64,000 bases of DNA from an uncultured Acidobacteriota bacterium (lineage in GTDB: Bacteria > Acidobacteriota > Thermoanaerobaculia > UBA5066 > Gp7-AA6): NCBI GenBank assembly GCA_963815865.1, contig CAWFIK010000002.1, positions 281,628 to 345,627 of the forward strand, read 5' to 3'. The notes below the pieces were generated by a model. The model was not told the DNA's origin. It saw nothing but the letters and a program-made list of their open reading frames with translations, and did no database searches. Numbering within the stretch: the first letter of the stretch is position 1; each line of letters starts with the position of its first letter. Both the position numbers and the translations under genes were made by a program. Shown one piece after another: positions 19,389 through 27,832 of this stretch.

Positions 19389-19438
19389 GAGAATGGGAAA
19401 TTAGCACAACCGTGGGAGAGACGAGGGATGCAGTCGCT

Positions 19439-21301
19439 TCACTCTTTCTTCAAGGTCTCCTTGACCTTCGCGACATCCCGGTCGGCGTTGGAGGCCACCA
19501 GGATTCGAACGGTCCTGGACTTGCGCCCGGGAGCGGAAAGCACGAGGTCGTGGGCCATCGGACCCGTGAGCCTCAGTGGCGAGCCAGGGCCGAAAGAGGA
19601 CGCGCGGCCGACGACGCGCCCCCCTTCCGAGATTTCGGCGTCGGGCGGATCCACCGTGAACTCCACGGGACCGACGGTGCGGTCGTCGAGCTTCGGGATC
19701 TTCGTGAAGGGGACCTTCGACTCCTTTTTCAACTCGTCGCCGATGTCCACCGTCTCGTCGTCCGCTCCGGAATTGACAACGACTTCCAGCTGCATCGAGC
19801 GATGCCCCGGCAGCTCCAGCCTCACGCGGTGCGACCCCTCCCGGCCGATCTCCAGCGTCTTCCCGCCGCCGTGATCGTCCCAGTCGTCGGCGACGCCGAC
19901 GTAACGCCCGTCGAGAAAGATGCGCGCCTGGTCCGGGCTGACGCCGAACTTGGCGAACCGGCGAGTGCGATAGACCTTGTCCGCGGGAGGGCCCGCCGGG
20001 ATGGACGGTTCGGACGCCTCGAGACGGGGCGGCTGGGCTCGATCCGCTCGCGTCGAGGCGGTCGGACGCCTCGGGGCGGCGTCGTAGCCCGACCGCGGCG
20101 CGCCGACGCTCGCGGCGGCGGCTTCGCGAGGGCCTCGTGTCGGAAGCGGCTCCATGGTTTCGACGGGAGCCGGCGCTTCGACGGCGACGGCCGTCGGCTC
20201 AACTCGAATCGCCGTGGGAATGGCGGCGGGCGGCTCGGGCGCGGCTCCGCTTTCCGCCGGCGGACTCGTTCGCCGCCAGATCGCGATCAGGATGGCCGCC
20301 GCCAGGAGCACCGCACCCGCGCCGAGGAGATACGTCAGGGTCGAGATGGAAGCCTTCGCCGCCGCCGGCTCCCGGTCGGAAAGGAATGTCTGCTGCGAGC
20401 TGTCGGCCGGGCCCGGCTCGCCGCCCGCCCGGGCGCCGGATGCCGCGGGAATCGCGGCGGCGGACTCTCCGACCTCGTCTTCGATCGCGCCGACTTCGCG
20501 CAGAAATTCCCTCGCTCCGGCGGGACGCTTGCCGGGCGACTTGGCGAGAAGGCGGGCGAAGACCTCGCGCGCGGCGGGCGGCAGGTCCGAGCGCAGCTGC
20601 AGGGGATCCCGCGGCTCCGTATGCAGGATCTGGTAAACGAGCGTCGTGATCGTGTCGCCTGGGAACGGGCGCGATCCCGTCAGGAGCTCGTAGAAGACGA
20701 CGCCCAGGGAAAAGAAATCGCTCCTCCCGTCGAGCTTTTCGCCGCGGATCTGCTCGGGAGACATATAGGCCGGGCTTCCGACCATCTGCCCGGTGCGCGT
20801 CAGGTCTGCGCCGGCCGTGAGCAGCTTGCCGATGCCGAAATCCGCGACCTTCACGCGACCGTCTCGCGTGATGAGGATGTTCCCCGGCTTGATGTCCCGG
20901 TGGAGCACTCCCCGCTCGTGAGCGTGCTCGAGCGCGAGGGCGGCCTGCCGGATGACTTCGATCCTCTGCGGGAGAGAGAAGCCGCTCCGGGAGAGCATCT
21001 TGTTCAGCGGCTCTCCCTCGATGTACTCCATCGCGATGAAGTCCACGCCCTGGTCCTGCCCCGCCTCGTAGATCGTGACGATGTTGGGATGCTGGAGCCG
21101 CCCGGCGAGCTTCGCCTCTTTCAGGAACCGGCTCGCGATCTCCTGTCCCTGCTCCCCTGCCCCGTCCAGGCGGAGCGTCTTGATCGCGACCGGCCGCTCG
21201 ATCTGCGGGTCGTGCGCCAGATAGACCGTCCCCATGGCGCCTTCGCCGAGGACGCCGGTGATCTCGAAGCGTCCGAGCTTCGATCCGAGGCGAAGCGTCA
21301 T
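19439..21301 (-). CDS. membrane-anchored Hanks-type Ser/Thr protein kinase with C-terminal PEGA-like domains
   Basis: GEGAMGTVYLA, HRDIKPGNILI, DFGIGK, SPAYMSPEQ. One TM segment (YLLGAGAVLLAAAILIAIW). C-terminal beta-rich repeats (IFLDGRYVG...). Confidence 0.88.
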   Translation of the reverse strand: MTLRLGSKLGRFEITGVLGEGAMGTVYLAHDPQIERPVAIKTLRLDGAGEQGQEIASRFLKEAKLAGRLQHPNIVTIYEAGQDQGVDFIAMEYIEGEPLNKMLSRSGFSLPQRIEVIRQAALALEHAHERGVLHRDIKPGNILITRDGRVKVADFGIGKLLTAGADLTRTGQMVGSPAYMSPEQIRGEKLDGRSDFFSLGVVFYELLTGSRPFPGDTITTLVYQILHTEPRDPLQLRSDLPPAAREVFARLLAKSPGKRPAGAREFLREVGAIEDEVGESAAAIPAASGARAGGEPGPADSSQQTFLSDREPAAAKASISTLTYLLGAGAVLLAAAILIAIWRRTSPPAESGAAPEPPAAIPTAIRVEPTAVAVEAPAPVETMEPLPTRGPREAAAASVGAPRSGYDAAPRRPTASTRADRAQPPRLEASEPSIPAGPPADKVYRTRRFAKFGVSPDQARIFLDGRYVGVADDWDDHGGGKTLEIGREGSHRVRLELPGHRSMQLEVVVNSGADDETVDIGDELKKESKVPFTKIPKLDDRTVGPVEFTVDPPDAEISEGGRVVGRASSFGPGSPLRLTGPMAHDLVLSAPGRKSRTVRILVASNADRDVAKVKETLKKE

Positions 21302-21576
21302 TCGCCTTCGCTGCCCTCCGATTCCGGCGCGGCGCTTTCGAACTCACGCTCGCGCCGCTCGAGGAGGGCGCGCGCTTCTGCCGCGCGCTCGGGAGGAACC
21401 ATGATCCGGGAGAGACCGAACGCTCCGATGTTCTCCGGCCAGGGAGAGCCGCCGGTCGGCCCCTCCACCTCGCACGGAATCTCCTCGGACTCGAGCAGTC
21501 CCGCGATCAGCGCCGCTTCTTCGTCCTGTCCCGTCGCGGCGACTTCGACCCATTCGGGCTCATCGTTCTTCGTCAT
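21298..21576 (-). CDS. small DUF2007-like protein (putative signal-transducing)
   Basis: 92-aa ORF with an ATGA overlap onto the kinase start. Family assignment is from memory of the fold signature and is weak. Confidence 0.5.
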   Translation of the reverse strand: MTKNDEPEWVEVAATGQDEEAALIAGLLESEEIPCEVEGPTGGSPWPENIGAFGLSRIMVPPERAAEARALLERREREFESAAPESEGSEGE

Positions 21577-21606
21577 GCTTCACTCCAATCACTTCTCGTC
21601 CCTCGG

Positions 21607-21690
21607 GATTTGTGATTTGAGATTTCTGATTCGTGATTTGATCAAGAAAGCAACTCGTCGCCCAGATCACAAATCACCAATCACAAATCA
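21607..21690. repeat. heptamer-built inverted repeat (5x GATTTNN ... 3.5x ATCACNA)
   Basis: Left arm 21607-21641: gatttgt gatttga gatttct gattcgt gatttga. A 24-nt spacer follows. Right arm 21666-21690: atcacaa atcacca atcacaa atca, overlapping the selD stop. Confidence 0.7.
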
Positions 21691-22788
21691 TTTCTCCACT
21701 CGTAACAGCGTGTCTCCGCGCTCGACGACTCTGCCGATGACAGCAGCGGCGGTTGCTCCTCGTTCCCGGCAGCGCGCGGCGTACGCCTCGGCCGACGGCT
21801 CCGGAAGAGACACGAGGAGTCCGCCGGACGTCTGGGCGTCGCAGAGCAGGAGAAACTCCTCCTCGGTGACGCCGGCGCCGATCCGAGCACGCGGCTTCAG
21901 GTTCCGCACGTTGGCGCGCGAGCCGTCCGGGGCGATTCCTTTTTCCGCGAGGCGGCGGGCGGCCGGCAGGAACGGGATCTTCTCCGTCGCGAACTCCGCG
22001 GTCGCGTCCGAGGCGGACATCATCTCGTGCGTGTGCCCGAGGAGCCCGTAACCCGTGATGTCGGTCGCCGCGTGGATCTCGAATCCCTCCATCGCCTCCG
22101 CTCCGGGACGGTTCAACGCCGCCATGACGCCGATCACTTCCTCGAGCTCGCCGTCGGAGAGGAGACGCTTGTGGAAGAAGCCTGCCGCGCTTTCCGCGGC
22201 CAGGGCGTCGGCGCGCCCGGCGCAGACCGTCACGCCGATTCCGAGGGGCTTGGTCAGCACGAGCGCATCTCCCGGCCGCGCGCCGGCGTTGCGCGTGATC
22301 TTCGATTCCTCCGCGAGACCCGTCACGGAGAGGCCGTAGACCGGGACGTCGAGGTCGATCGAATGCCCGCCGCCGACGACCGCTCCCGCCTCGGCCACCT
22401 TCTCGACCCCTCCGCGGAGGATTTCCTCCAGGACCTCGGGCGGGAGGGCGGCCATCGGAAACGCGGCGAGTGCCAGCGCCAGGACCGGACGCGCCCCCAT
22501 CGCATAGACGTCGGAGAGGGAGTTGGCCGCGGCGATCTGCCCGAAGAGGAACGGGTCGTCCACCACGGGCGTGAAGAAGTCCACCGTCTGCACGAGGACC
22601 TGCCCCCCCCCGATCCGGTAGACGGCCGCGTCGTCCGCATGGGCGTTTCCCACCAGCAGGTTCGGGTCCGCCGGGGAAGGGAGCCTCGCGAGAAGCGCGG
22701 AAAGGTCGAACTGACCGATCTTGCAGGCTCAACCCGCGCTCGACGCGAACGTCGAAAGCGCGGGGTGACCCGCCTTCTTGTAAGTCAC
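21688..22788 (-). CDS. selD: selenide, water dikinase (selenophosphate synthetase), Sec-containing form
   Basis: The track ORF (21688..22653) lacks the active-site N-terminus. The same frame continues upstream through one TGA (22729-22731) to GTG 22788. It reads VTYKKAGHPALSTFASSAG-U-ACKIGQFDLSALLARLP..., which is the GxG(C/U)xCK loop of SelD. Confidence 0.85.
22684..22705 (-). promoter_or_regulatory. candidate SECIS-like hairpin downstream of the selD UGA
   Basis: mRNA CCU-UUC-CGCG-CUUCU-CGCG-AGG, 24-45 nt after the UGA. A smaller GGUC-AGUUC-GACC hairpin sits at +13..+25. Folded by eye, weak. Confidence 0.3.
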
Positions 22789-22800
22789 GCTCGGATTATA

Positions 22801-22888
22801 TGGAGACGGGAGACGGGAGGCTGGAGGCGAAAGACACTGGCAGTCAGATTCTCGTCCGCTTACCGCCTGCCGCCTCCCGCCTGCCGAC
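22801..22888. repeat. heptamer-built inverted repeat / probable terminator hairpin downstream of the ElaB-like gene
   Basis: Left arm 22801-22835: tggagac gggagac gggaggc tggaggc gaaagac. Right arm 22854-22888: gtccgct taccgcc tgccgcc tcccgcc tgccgac. On the mRNA, GGCGGGAGGCGGCAGGCG pairs 16/18 with CGCCUCCAGCCUCCCGUC. Confidence 0.65.
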
Positions 22889-22890
22889 GC

Positions 22891-23181
22891 TTAGTCGTCT
22901 CCGCCGCGAACCAGGAATCCGAGGAGGAAACCCACGCCGAGCGAAATCGCGACGGCGGTCCCGGGGTTCTCCTTGACGTAACAGAGCGCATCGCTCCACA
23001 CGTCGCCGTAGTCCTTCTCGATGCGGCGGGTGGCGGTCTTGACGCCCTTGCGGACGTCGTCGCTCACGTCGTCGAACTGATCGCGCGCCTTCGTGTACGA
23101 GTCTCCGAGGACTTCCTTGGTCTGATCGATCTTCTCTTCGACGAAGTCGCGAGCGCGATCGAACGGAGTCTCTTTTGCCAT
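22891..23181 (-). CDS. ElaB/YqjD/DUF883-family membrane-anchored protein
   Basis: GGAGGTG RBS then ATG 23181. MAKETPFDRARDFVEEKIDQTKE..., with a C-terminal TM segment GTAVAISLGVGFLLGFLV. Confidence 0.7.
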   Translation of the reverse strand: MAKETPFDRARDFVEEKIDQTKEVLGDSYTKARDQFDDVSDDVRKGVKTATRRIEKDYGDVWSDALCYVKENPGTAVAISLGVGFLLGFLVRGGDD

Positions 23182-23267
23182 ACCTTCACCTCCGGTTCCA
23201 AAAGCCGGATCATATACCCTAGGCAAAGCACGATGAGCGCCGCCTTCGTTCGCGCGCCGGAGACCGT

Positions 23268-24512
23268 GTGAGACGTCCGGTCACGTCGGTCGTCCAGAAA
23301 GCCCGCGCGCGAAACCCCTGGATCCCGCCCGGACTTCTCCGGGCACTCGTCACCACCCGCAACATCGTCCTCGAGACGTACCACGGCTTCCGCGCGGACC
23401 GCGGCGTGGACCTGGCCGCGTCGCTCTCCTTCTCGACGCTCTTGACCGCGGTGCCGCTCCTCGCGACGTTCGCGCTCTTCCTCGCCACGTTCTTCAAGCA
23501 GAACGTCACGGCGATCTTCGATCTCGTCAACCTGGTCCTTCCGTACCACACGGCGCAGGTCACGGAGAACCTGCGGGATTTCATCTCGCAGTCCACGACG
23601 ATCACTGGAATCGGGATCGCCGTTCTCCTCGTGGCGTCCCTGCGGCTCCTCTTCATCGTGGAGGGGATCGTCAACACGGTCTGGGGCGCGCCGCGCCGCC
23701 GGAACCTGCTTCACCGCGTCGCCGTCTACACGCTCCTCCTCTTCGCGTTCGGCCTGCTCGTCGGCTCGGTCGGCCTCGGCGTACGGTTTCTGAAGCGGTT
23801 CGCGATGGCCAACGACATCCTCTCCGCGCCCGCGACCGACTTCTTCTTCCCTCTCGCGATCGATTACGCGGCGCTGACGCTCCTCTACCGGTACCTGCCC
23901 AACGCGCACGTCCGCTGGACCTGCGCGGCGCCCGCGGGCGGCGCGGTGGCGCTGGCGCTCGAGCTCCTCCGCTTCCTCTTCGGCCTATACGTCAAGGCGC
24001 TTTCCCGCATGAACCTGATCACGGGTTCGCTGACCCTGATCCTGCTGACGCTCCTCTCGGTCTACTTCGTCTGGGTCCTCATCCTGCTCGGCGTGGAGCT
24101 CGCGCACGTGCTCCAGACGCAGGCAGGCGGCCGCCGCGCGGCCGGCGGGCCGAAGGCGGGGCTCGCGGAGAACGCGGTCCGGATGCTCCTGCGCCTCTCG
24201 AAGGGCGGTGTCCACCCGCTGCGCGAGCTGTACGCCGAGCAGGAAGGCTCCTCGACCGTCGCGGAGAAGCTCCTCGAATGTCTGAAAGAGAGGGGACTGG
24301 TCGAGGGAGATCCGGCGCGCGGCTACTCACTGGCGAAACCGGCGAAGAAGATCACCGTCGCCCAAGTCGTGGACGCCGTCTCGCCCGACCTCTTCTCGAT
24401 CTCGCCCGAGGAAGGGGACCGGGTCGTCGAGGTGCTGGGCCCGATCTTCGAGCGGCTGCAGGCGGAACGCCGCGCGCTTCTGGGCACCACGATCGCCGAC
24501 CTCAAACGCTAA
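23268..24512 (+). CDS. YihY/BrkB-family membrane protein with C-terminal winged-helix-like extension
   Basis: FRADRGVDLAASLSFSTLLTAVPLLATF... and six or so TM segments. The C-terminal ~110 aa is soluble (VHPLRELYAEQEGSSTVAEKLLECLKERGLV). Confidence 0.75.
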   Translation: MRRPVTSVVQKARARNPWIPPGLLRALVTTRNIVLETYHGFRADRGVDLAASLSFSTLLTAVPLLATFALFLATFFKQNVTAIFDLVNLVLPYHTAQVTENLRDFISQSTTITGIGIAVLLVASLRLLFIVEGIVNTVWGAPRRRNLLHRVAVYTLLLFAFGLLVGSVGLGVRFLKRFAMANDILSAPATDFFFPLAIDYAALTLLYRYLPNAHVRWTCAAPAGGAVALALELLRFLFGLYVKALSRMNLITGSLTLILLTLLSVYFVWVLILLGVELAHVLQTQAGGRRAAGGPKAGLAENAVRMLLRLSKGGVHPLRELYAEQEGSSTVAEKLLECLKERGLVEGDPARGYSLAKPAKKITVAQVVDAVSPDLFSISPEEGDRVVEVLGPIFERLQAERRALLGTTIADLKR

Positions 24513-26179
24513 GGACTCGTCGTGCGAAACCGGCGCGAGAGCGCGACCTGCCGCCGATAGGCGGCGATGTCGGATTCCCTCCTCTCATCGCTCCAGCCGA
24601 GCTCGCGGGCCATCAGCGACGCGGCGCGGTCCAGGACCTCCTCCCCCTGGTTCGGCGCCTGCCAGAAGAGATGCGTACGGCGAATCAGGGCATCGCAGAG
24701 AGAACGGGCGTCCTCGCGCCGCGCGGCGAAGAGGATTTCCGCCGCGAGATCGGGAAGGCCCGGGCAGAGCGGCTGCGCCAGAGCGGCGTTCTCTGCGACG
24801 AGCTCGAGGACCTCCGCCGCCCGCGCTCCGTAGCGCCTCGCGAGGTGCTCGGCCGTTGCCGCTTCGATCGGGGGCTCGCAAGAGGCGGCGATCCGAACGA
24901 TCTCGGAAACGCATTGTTCCAGGGACGCTTGCGGCGCGCCGGGGAAGCGTCGCGACCCGGTCCCGCTCGCGGAAACGGCGACGCCGACAGCGGCGAGCAG
25001 CCGGGCCGCCCGATCCATCGCTCGCACGGCCATGCGCCGGTGCGTCGTCAGCTTGCCTCCCGTCACCGTCAGGAGGCCGTCGGACGAGACGACGAGGACG
25101 TCTTCGCGGCTGGTGTCCTCGACTCGTTTCCCCGGTTCGCGCACCAGAGGCCGCAGGCTCGCGAACGTCGCGACGACGTCAGACTCGGTCAGGCCGGCCG
25201 CCGGGAACGTCTCGTTCGCCTCCTTGAGGAGATACGCCACCTCCGACGCGTCCGCGACGACCTCGTCGAGAGACCCGGCGTAGTCCGTGTCGGTCGTTCC
25301 GAGAAGCGTCACCGGCCCGTCGGGAACCGCGAAGAGGAGGCGTCCTCCCGAGTCGGGGAACGCGATCGGGCGGCTCACGGGAAGGCGCCGCGCGGGCAGC
25401 GTCAGGTGAGTCCCCTTCGCGAGACGCAGGATCGGCGCGGCGCCCGGCTCGTCCACGGACCGCATGCGGTCGGCCCACGGCCCGGTCGCGCTGACGACGA
25501 CGCGCGAACGAATCGAAAAGCCCCGGCCGGATTCCCGGTCGAGGACCCGCGCCCCGCGCACCGCGCCCGCATCGTCGTGGACCAGGCCGGTGGCCTCGAC
25601 GCGCGAGGCAGCGGCCGCCCCCAGGGAAACGGCGTCGAGCACGTTCTCGAGCGTCAGGCGGGCGTCGTCGGTCCGCGCGTCGCCGTACGCCTCGCCTCCC
25701 GAGAGCGACGGACTCTCCAGCGCCGGCTCCCAGCGCACGAGCTCCTCCCGCGAAAGACGCCGGTGGCGGCGCGGGGAATGACCGAGCGCGAGCAGGTCGT
25801 AGGCCGTCAAACCCAGCCCGACGATCCACACCGGGAGGCCGCGCCCCCGGTAGGCGGGGAAGAGGAATTCCACCGGCCGCACGAGATGCGGCGCGAGGCG
25901 CGCCAGGCGGCCGCGCTCGGCGAGCGACTCGAAGACCAGCTTCACGCTTCCGGTCTTCAGATATCGCAGCCCTCCGTGGATGAGCTTGGTGGAGCGCCAC
26001 GACGTTCCCGAGGCCCAGTCCTCCCGCTCCACGAGCGCGACCGCGAGGCCGCGGGTCGAGGCGTCGCGCGCGATCGCGGCGCCCGTGATCCCGCCGCCGA
26101 TGACCAGCAAATCGAACTGCGTCTGCTCGAGCGCCGCGAGCCGCTCCTCGCGCGGAGCAAACCCGAACCGGGATCTCAC
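24509..26179 (-). CDS. glpD: FAD-dependent glycerol-3-phosphate dehydrogenase
   Basis: FDLLVIGGGITGAAIARDASTRGLAVALVEREDWASGTSWRSTKLIHGGLRYL matches the GlpD N-terminus. GTG start overlaps the upstream stop (GTGA). Confidence 0.85.
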   Translation of the reverse strand: MRSRFGFAPREERLAALEQTQFDLLVIGGGITGAAIARDASTRGLAVALVEREDWASGTSWRSTKLIHGGLRYLKTGSVKLVFESLAERGRLARLAPHLVRPVEFLFPAYRGRGLPVWIVGLGLTAYDLLALGHSPRRHRRLSREELVRWEPALESPSLSGGEAYGDARTDDARLTLENVLDAVSLGAAAASRVEATGLVHDDAGAVRGARVLDRESGRGFSIRSRVVVSATGPWADRMRSVDEPGAAPILRLAKGTHLTLPARRLPVSRPIAFPDSGGRLLFAVPDGPVTLLGTTDTDYAGSLDEVVADASEVAYLLKEANETFPAAGLTESDVVATFASLRPLVREPGKRVEDTSREDVLVVSSDGLLTVTGGKLTTHRRMAVRAMDRAARLLAAVGVAVSASGTGSRRFPGAPQASLEQCVSEIVRIAASCEPPIEAATAEHLARRYGARAAEVLELVAENAALAQPLCPGLPDLAAEILFAARREDARSLCDALIRRTHLFWQAPNQGEEVLDRAASLMARELGWSDERRESDIAAYRRQVALSRRFRTTSP

Positions 26180-27378
26180 GCGCCGCCCGCCTCCGGCCTT
26201 CCCGGCGCCGATCCGACTCCCCCGCGGAAGGCCTTCAGCAGCGGAGGCGCGAGAAACGTCGTGGCGAAGACGGCGAGCACCACGGCGACGAAGACCCCTT
26301 CCGGCAGCGTCTTCGTCGCCTTCCCCAGAGACGCAAAGATCAGGCCGACTTCGCCGCGCGGCACCATCCCGGCGCCGATGAAGGCCCGGCGAACATTCCC
26401 CCACGCGCAGAAGCCGGCCGCGAACTTCCCGAGGAAGCCGATGACCGTCAGGCCGAGCGCCAGAAGAAGAGCGGGCTGATTCACCCGCGCGAACGGATTC
26501 AGGAGAGCGACGTCCACCTGCGCGCCCACGGCCACGAAGAAGAGGGGCGCGAAGAGGTCCACCGCCGGTCTCAACGCCTGGCTGATGTCGTGGCGGCGAT
26601 TCGTGCGCGCGAGAACGACTCCCGTCGCGAAGGCCCCGATGATCTCGGCCGACCCGGCCTTCTTCGCCGCCAGGGCCACGAGCAGCGCGAACGCGACCGA
26701 CGCCGCCACGAGGACGCCGCGCACGCTCGCGCGCCCGACGATCCCGATCAGCCGGTGACCGAGCGGGATCCCGAGCGCGAGCGCGGCGGCCAGGAATCCG
26801 ACCGCGAGGCCGGTCGCCTTCAGGACCATCGTCATCTCCGCGGTCCCCGTGTCGGCGATCCGGGCCACGACGGCGAGGACCACGAGACCCAGCACGTCGT
26901 CGGCGACCGCGGCCCCCAGGACGATCTGCCCTTCGCGCGACGACAGGGCGTTCAACTCCGAAAGAACGCGCGCCGTGATTCCGATCGACGTCGCCGTCAG
27001 GGCGGCGCCGACGAAGATCGCGGTCAGGGTCGGATGGCCGAGAACGCGCGTGACAAGGAAGCCGCCGAGAAAGGGAAGGACCATTCCGGCCAGCGCGACG
27101 GCGAGCGCGGGAGCGCCGACGCGCGCGAGCGCGGCGAGGTCCGTCTCCAGGCCGACCTCGAAGAGGAGGAGGATCACGCCGATCTCGGCGACCAGGAAGA
27201 TCCCGGCCGTCAGGGGCACGAGCCCCAGGAGAGAAGGGCCCAGGATCACGCCCGCGAGGAGCTCTCCCAGCACCGCCGGCTGCCCGAGCCTCTCCGCGAT
27301 CTCCCCGAGGAGCTTCGCCCCCAGCAGTGCCGAAGCGAACGCGAGCAGAAACGAAGCCAGATCGATCCCGTGATCCAT
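26176..27378 (-). CDS. cation:proton antiporter (CPA2/Kef-NapA-like)
   Basis: 400 aa, polytopic. MDHGIDLASFLLAFASALLGAKLLGEIAERLGQPAVLGELLAGVILGPS is a typical N-terminus for the family. Confidence 0.85.
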   Translation of the reverse strand: MDHGIDLASFLLAFASALLGAKLLGEIAERLGQPAVLGELLAGVILGPSLLGLVPLTAGIFLVAEIGVILLLFEVGLETDLAALARVGAPALAVALAGMVLPFLGGFLVTRVLGHPTLTAIFVGAALTATSIGITARVLSELNALSSREGQIVLGAAVADDVLGLVVLAVVARIADTGTAEMTMVLKATGLAVGFLAAALALGIPLGHRLIGIVGRASVRGVLVAASVAFALLVALAAKKAGSAEIIGAFATGVVLARTNRRHDISQALRPAVDLFAPLFFVAVGAQVDVALLNPFARVNQPALLLALGLTVIGFLGKFAAGFCAWGNVRRAFIGAGMVPRGEVGLIFASLGKATKTLPEGVFVAVVLAVFATTFLAPPLLKAFRGGVGSAPGRPEAGGA

Positions 27379-27495
27379 TGTTTTCGATCGTATAGCTTTC
27401 GGCCGCAGGCGCTCGCTACGCGAGCGGCGGCCGAGAGAGTCCGCTACCAGAGCCCTAAAAAGATCATCCGGCCATGCTATCCTGCGCCCTCGCGT

Positions 27496-27564
27496 GGGGC
27501 TGTAGCTCAGTTTGGGAGAGCGCCTGAATCGCACTCAGGAGGTCGCCGGTTCGATCCCGGTCAG
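27496..27564 (+). pseudogene. truncated tRNA-Ala(CGC) copy (5' 69 nt, no 3' acceptor strand or CCA)
   Basis: Identical to the functional copy through ...GGUUCGAUCCCGGUCAG, then diverges to GACUUUCGG. CAGGACU cannot pair with GGGGCUG. Confidence 0.65.
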
Positions 27565-27663
27565 GACTTTCGGCGCAGGCGCTCGCTGCGCGAGCGGCGC
27601 CGAGAGAGTCCGCTACCAGAGCCCTCGGTCGCCGTCGTCCGTGTTATTCTGCGCCTCCTCCGT

Positions 27664-27732
27664 GGGGCTGTAGCTCAGTTTGGGAGAGCGCCTGAATCGC
27701 ACTCAGGAGGTCGTCGGTTCGATCCCGATCAG
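27664..27732 (+). pseudogene. truncated tRNA-Ala(CGC) copy with compensatory T-stem change
   Basis: Same truncation point as the first copy. T-stem is GUCGG/CCGAU instead of GCCGG/CCGGU, so both strands changed and pairing is kept. Confidence 0.65.
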
Positions 27733-27832
27733 GACTTTCGGCGCAGGCGCTCGCTGCGCGAGCGGCGCCGAGAGAGTCCGCTACCAGAGCCCTCTATCGA
27801 CGTCGTCCGTGTTATCCTGCGCCTCCTCGCGT

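Noticed and set aside
19389-19438. Glycine riboswitch upstream of gcvT
   Set aside because: The gap is only 50 nt and lacks the conserved GGAGAG...CACCGAAGGGGCAA cores, so it is too short for even a single aptamer.
21577-21690. The UGA-rich heptamer array (UGAUUUGUGAUUGGUGAUUUGUGAUC) as a selenocysteine-related recoding signal
   Set aside because: It lies after the selD stop, not after an in-frame UGA. The same architecture occurs with unrelated heptamers at other loci. The UGA content is a by-product of the repeat sequence.
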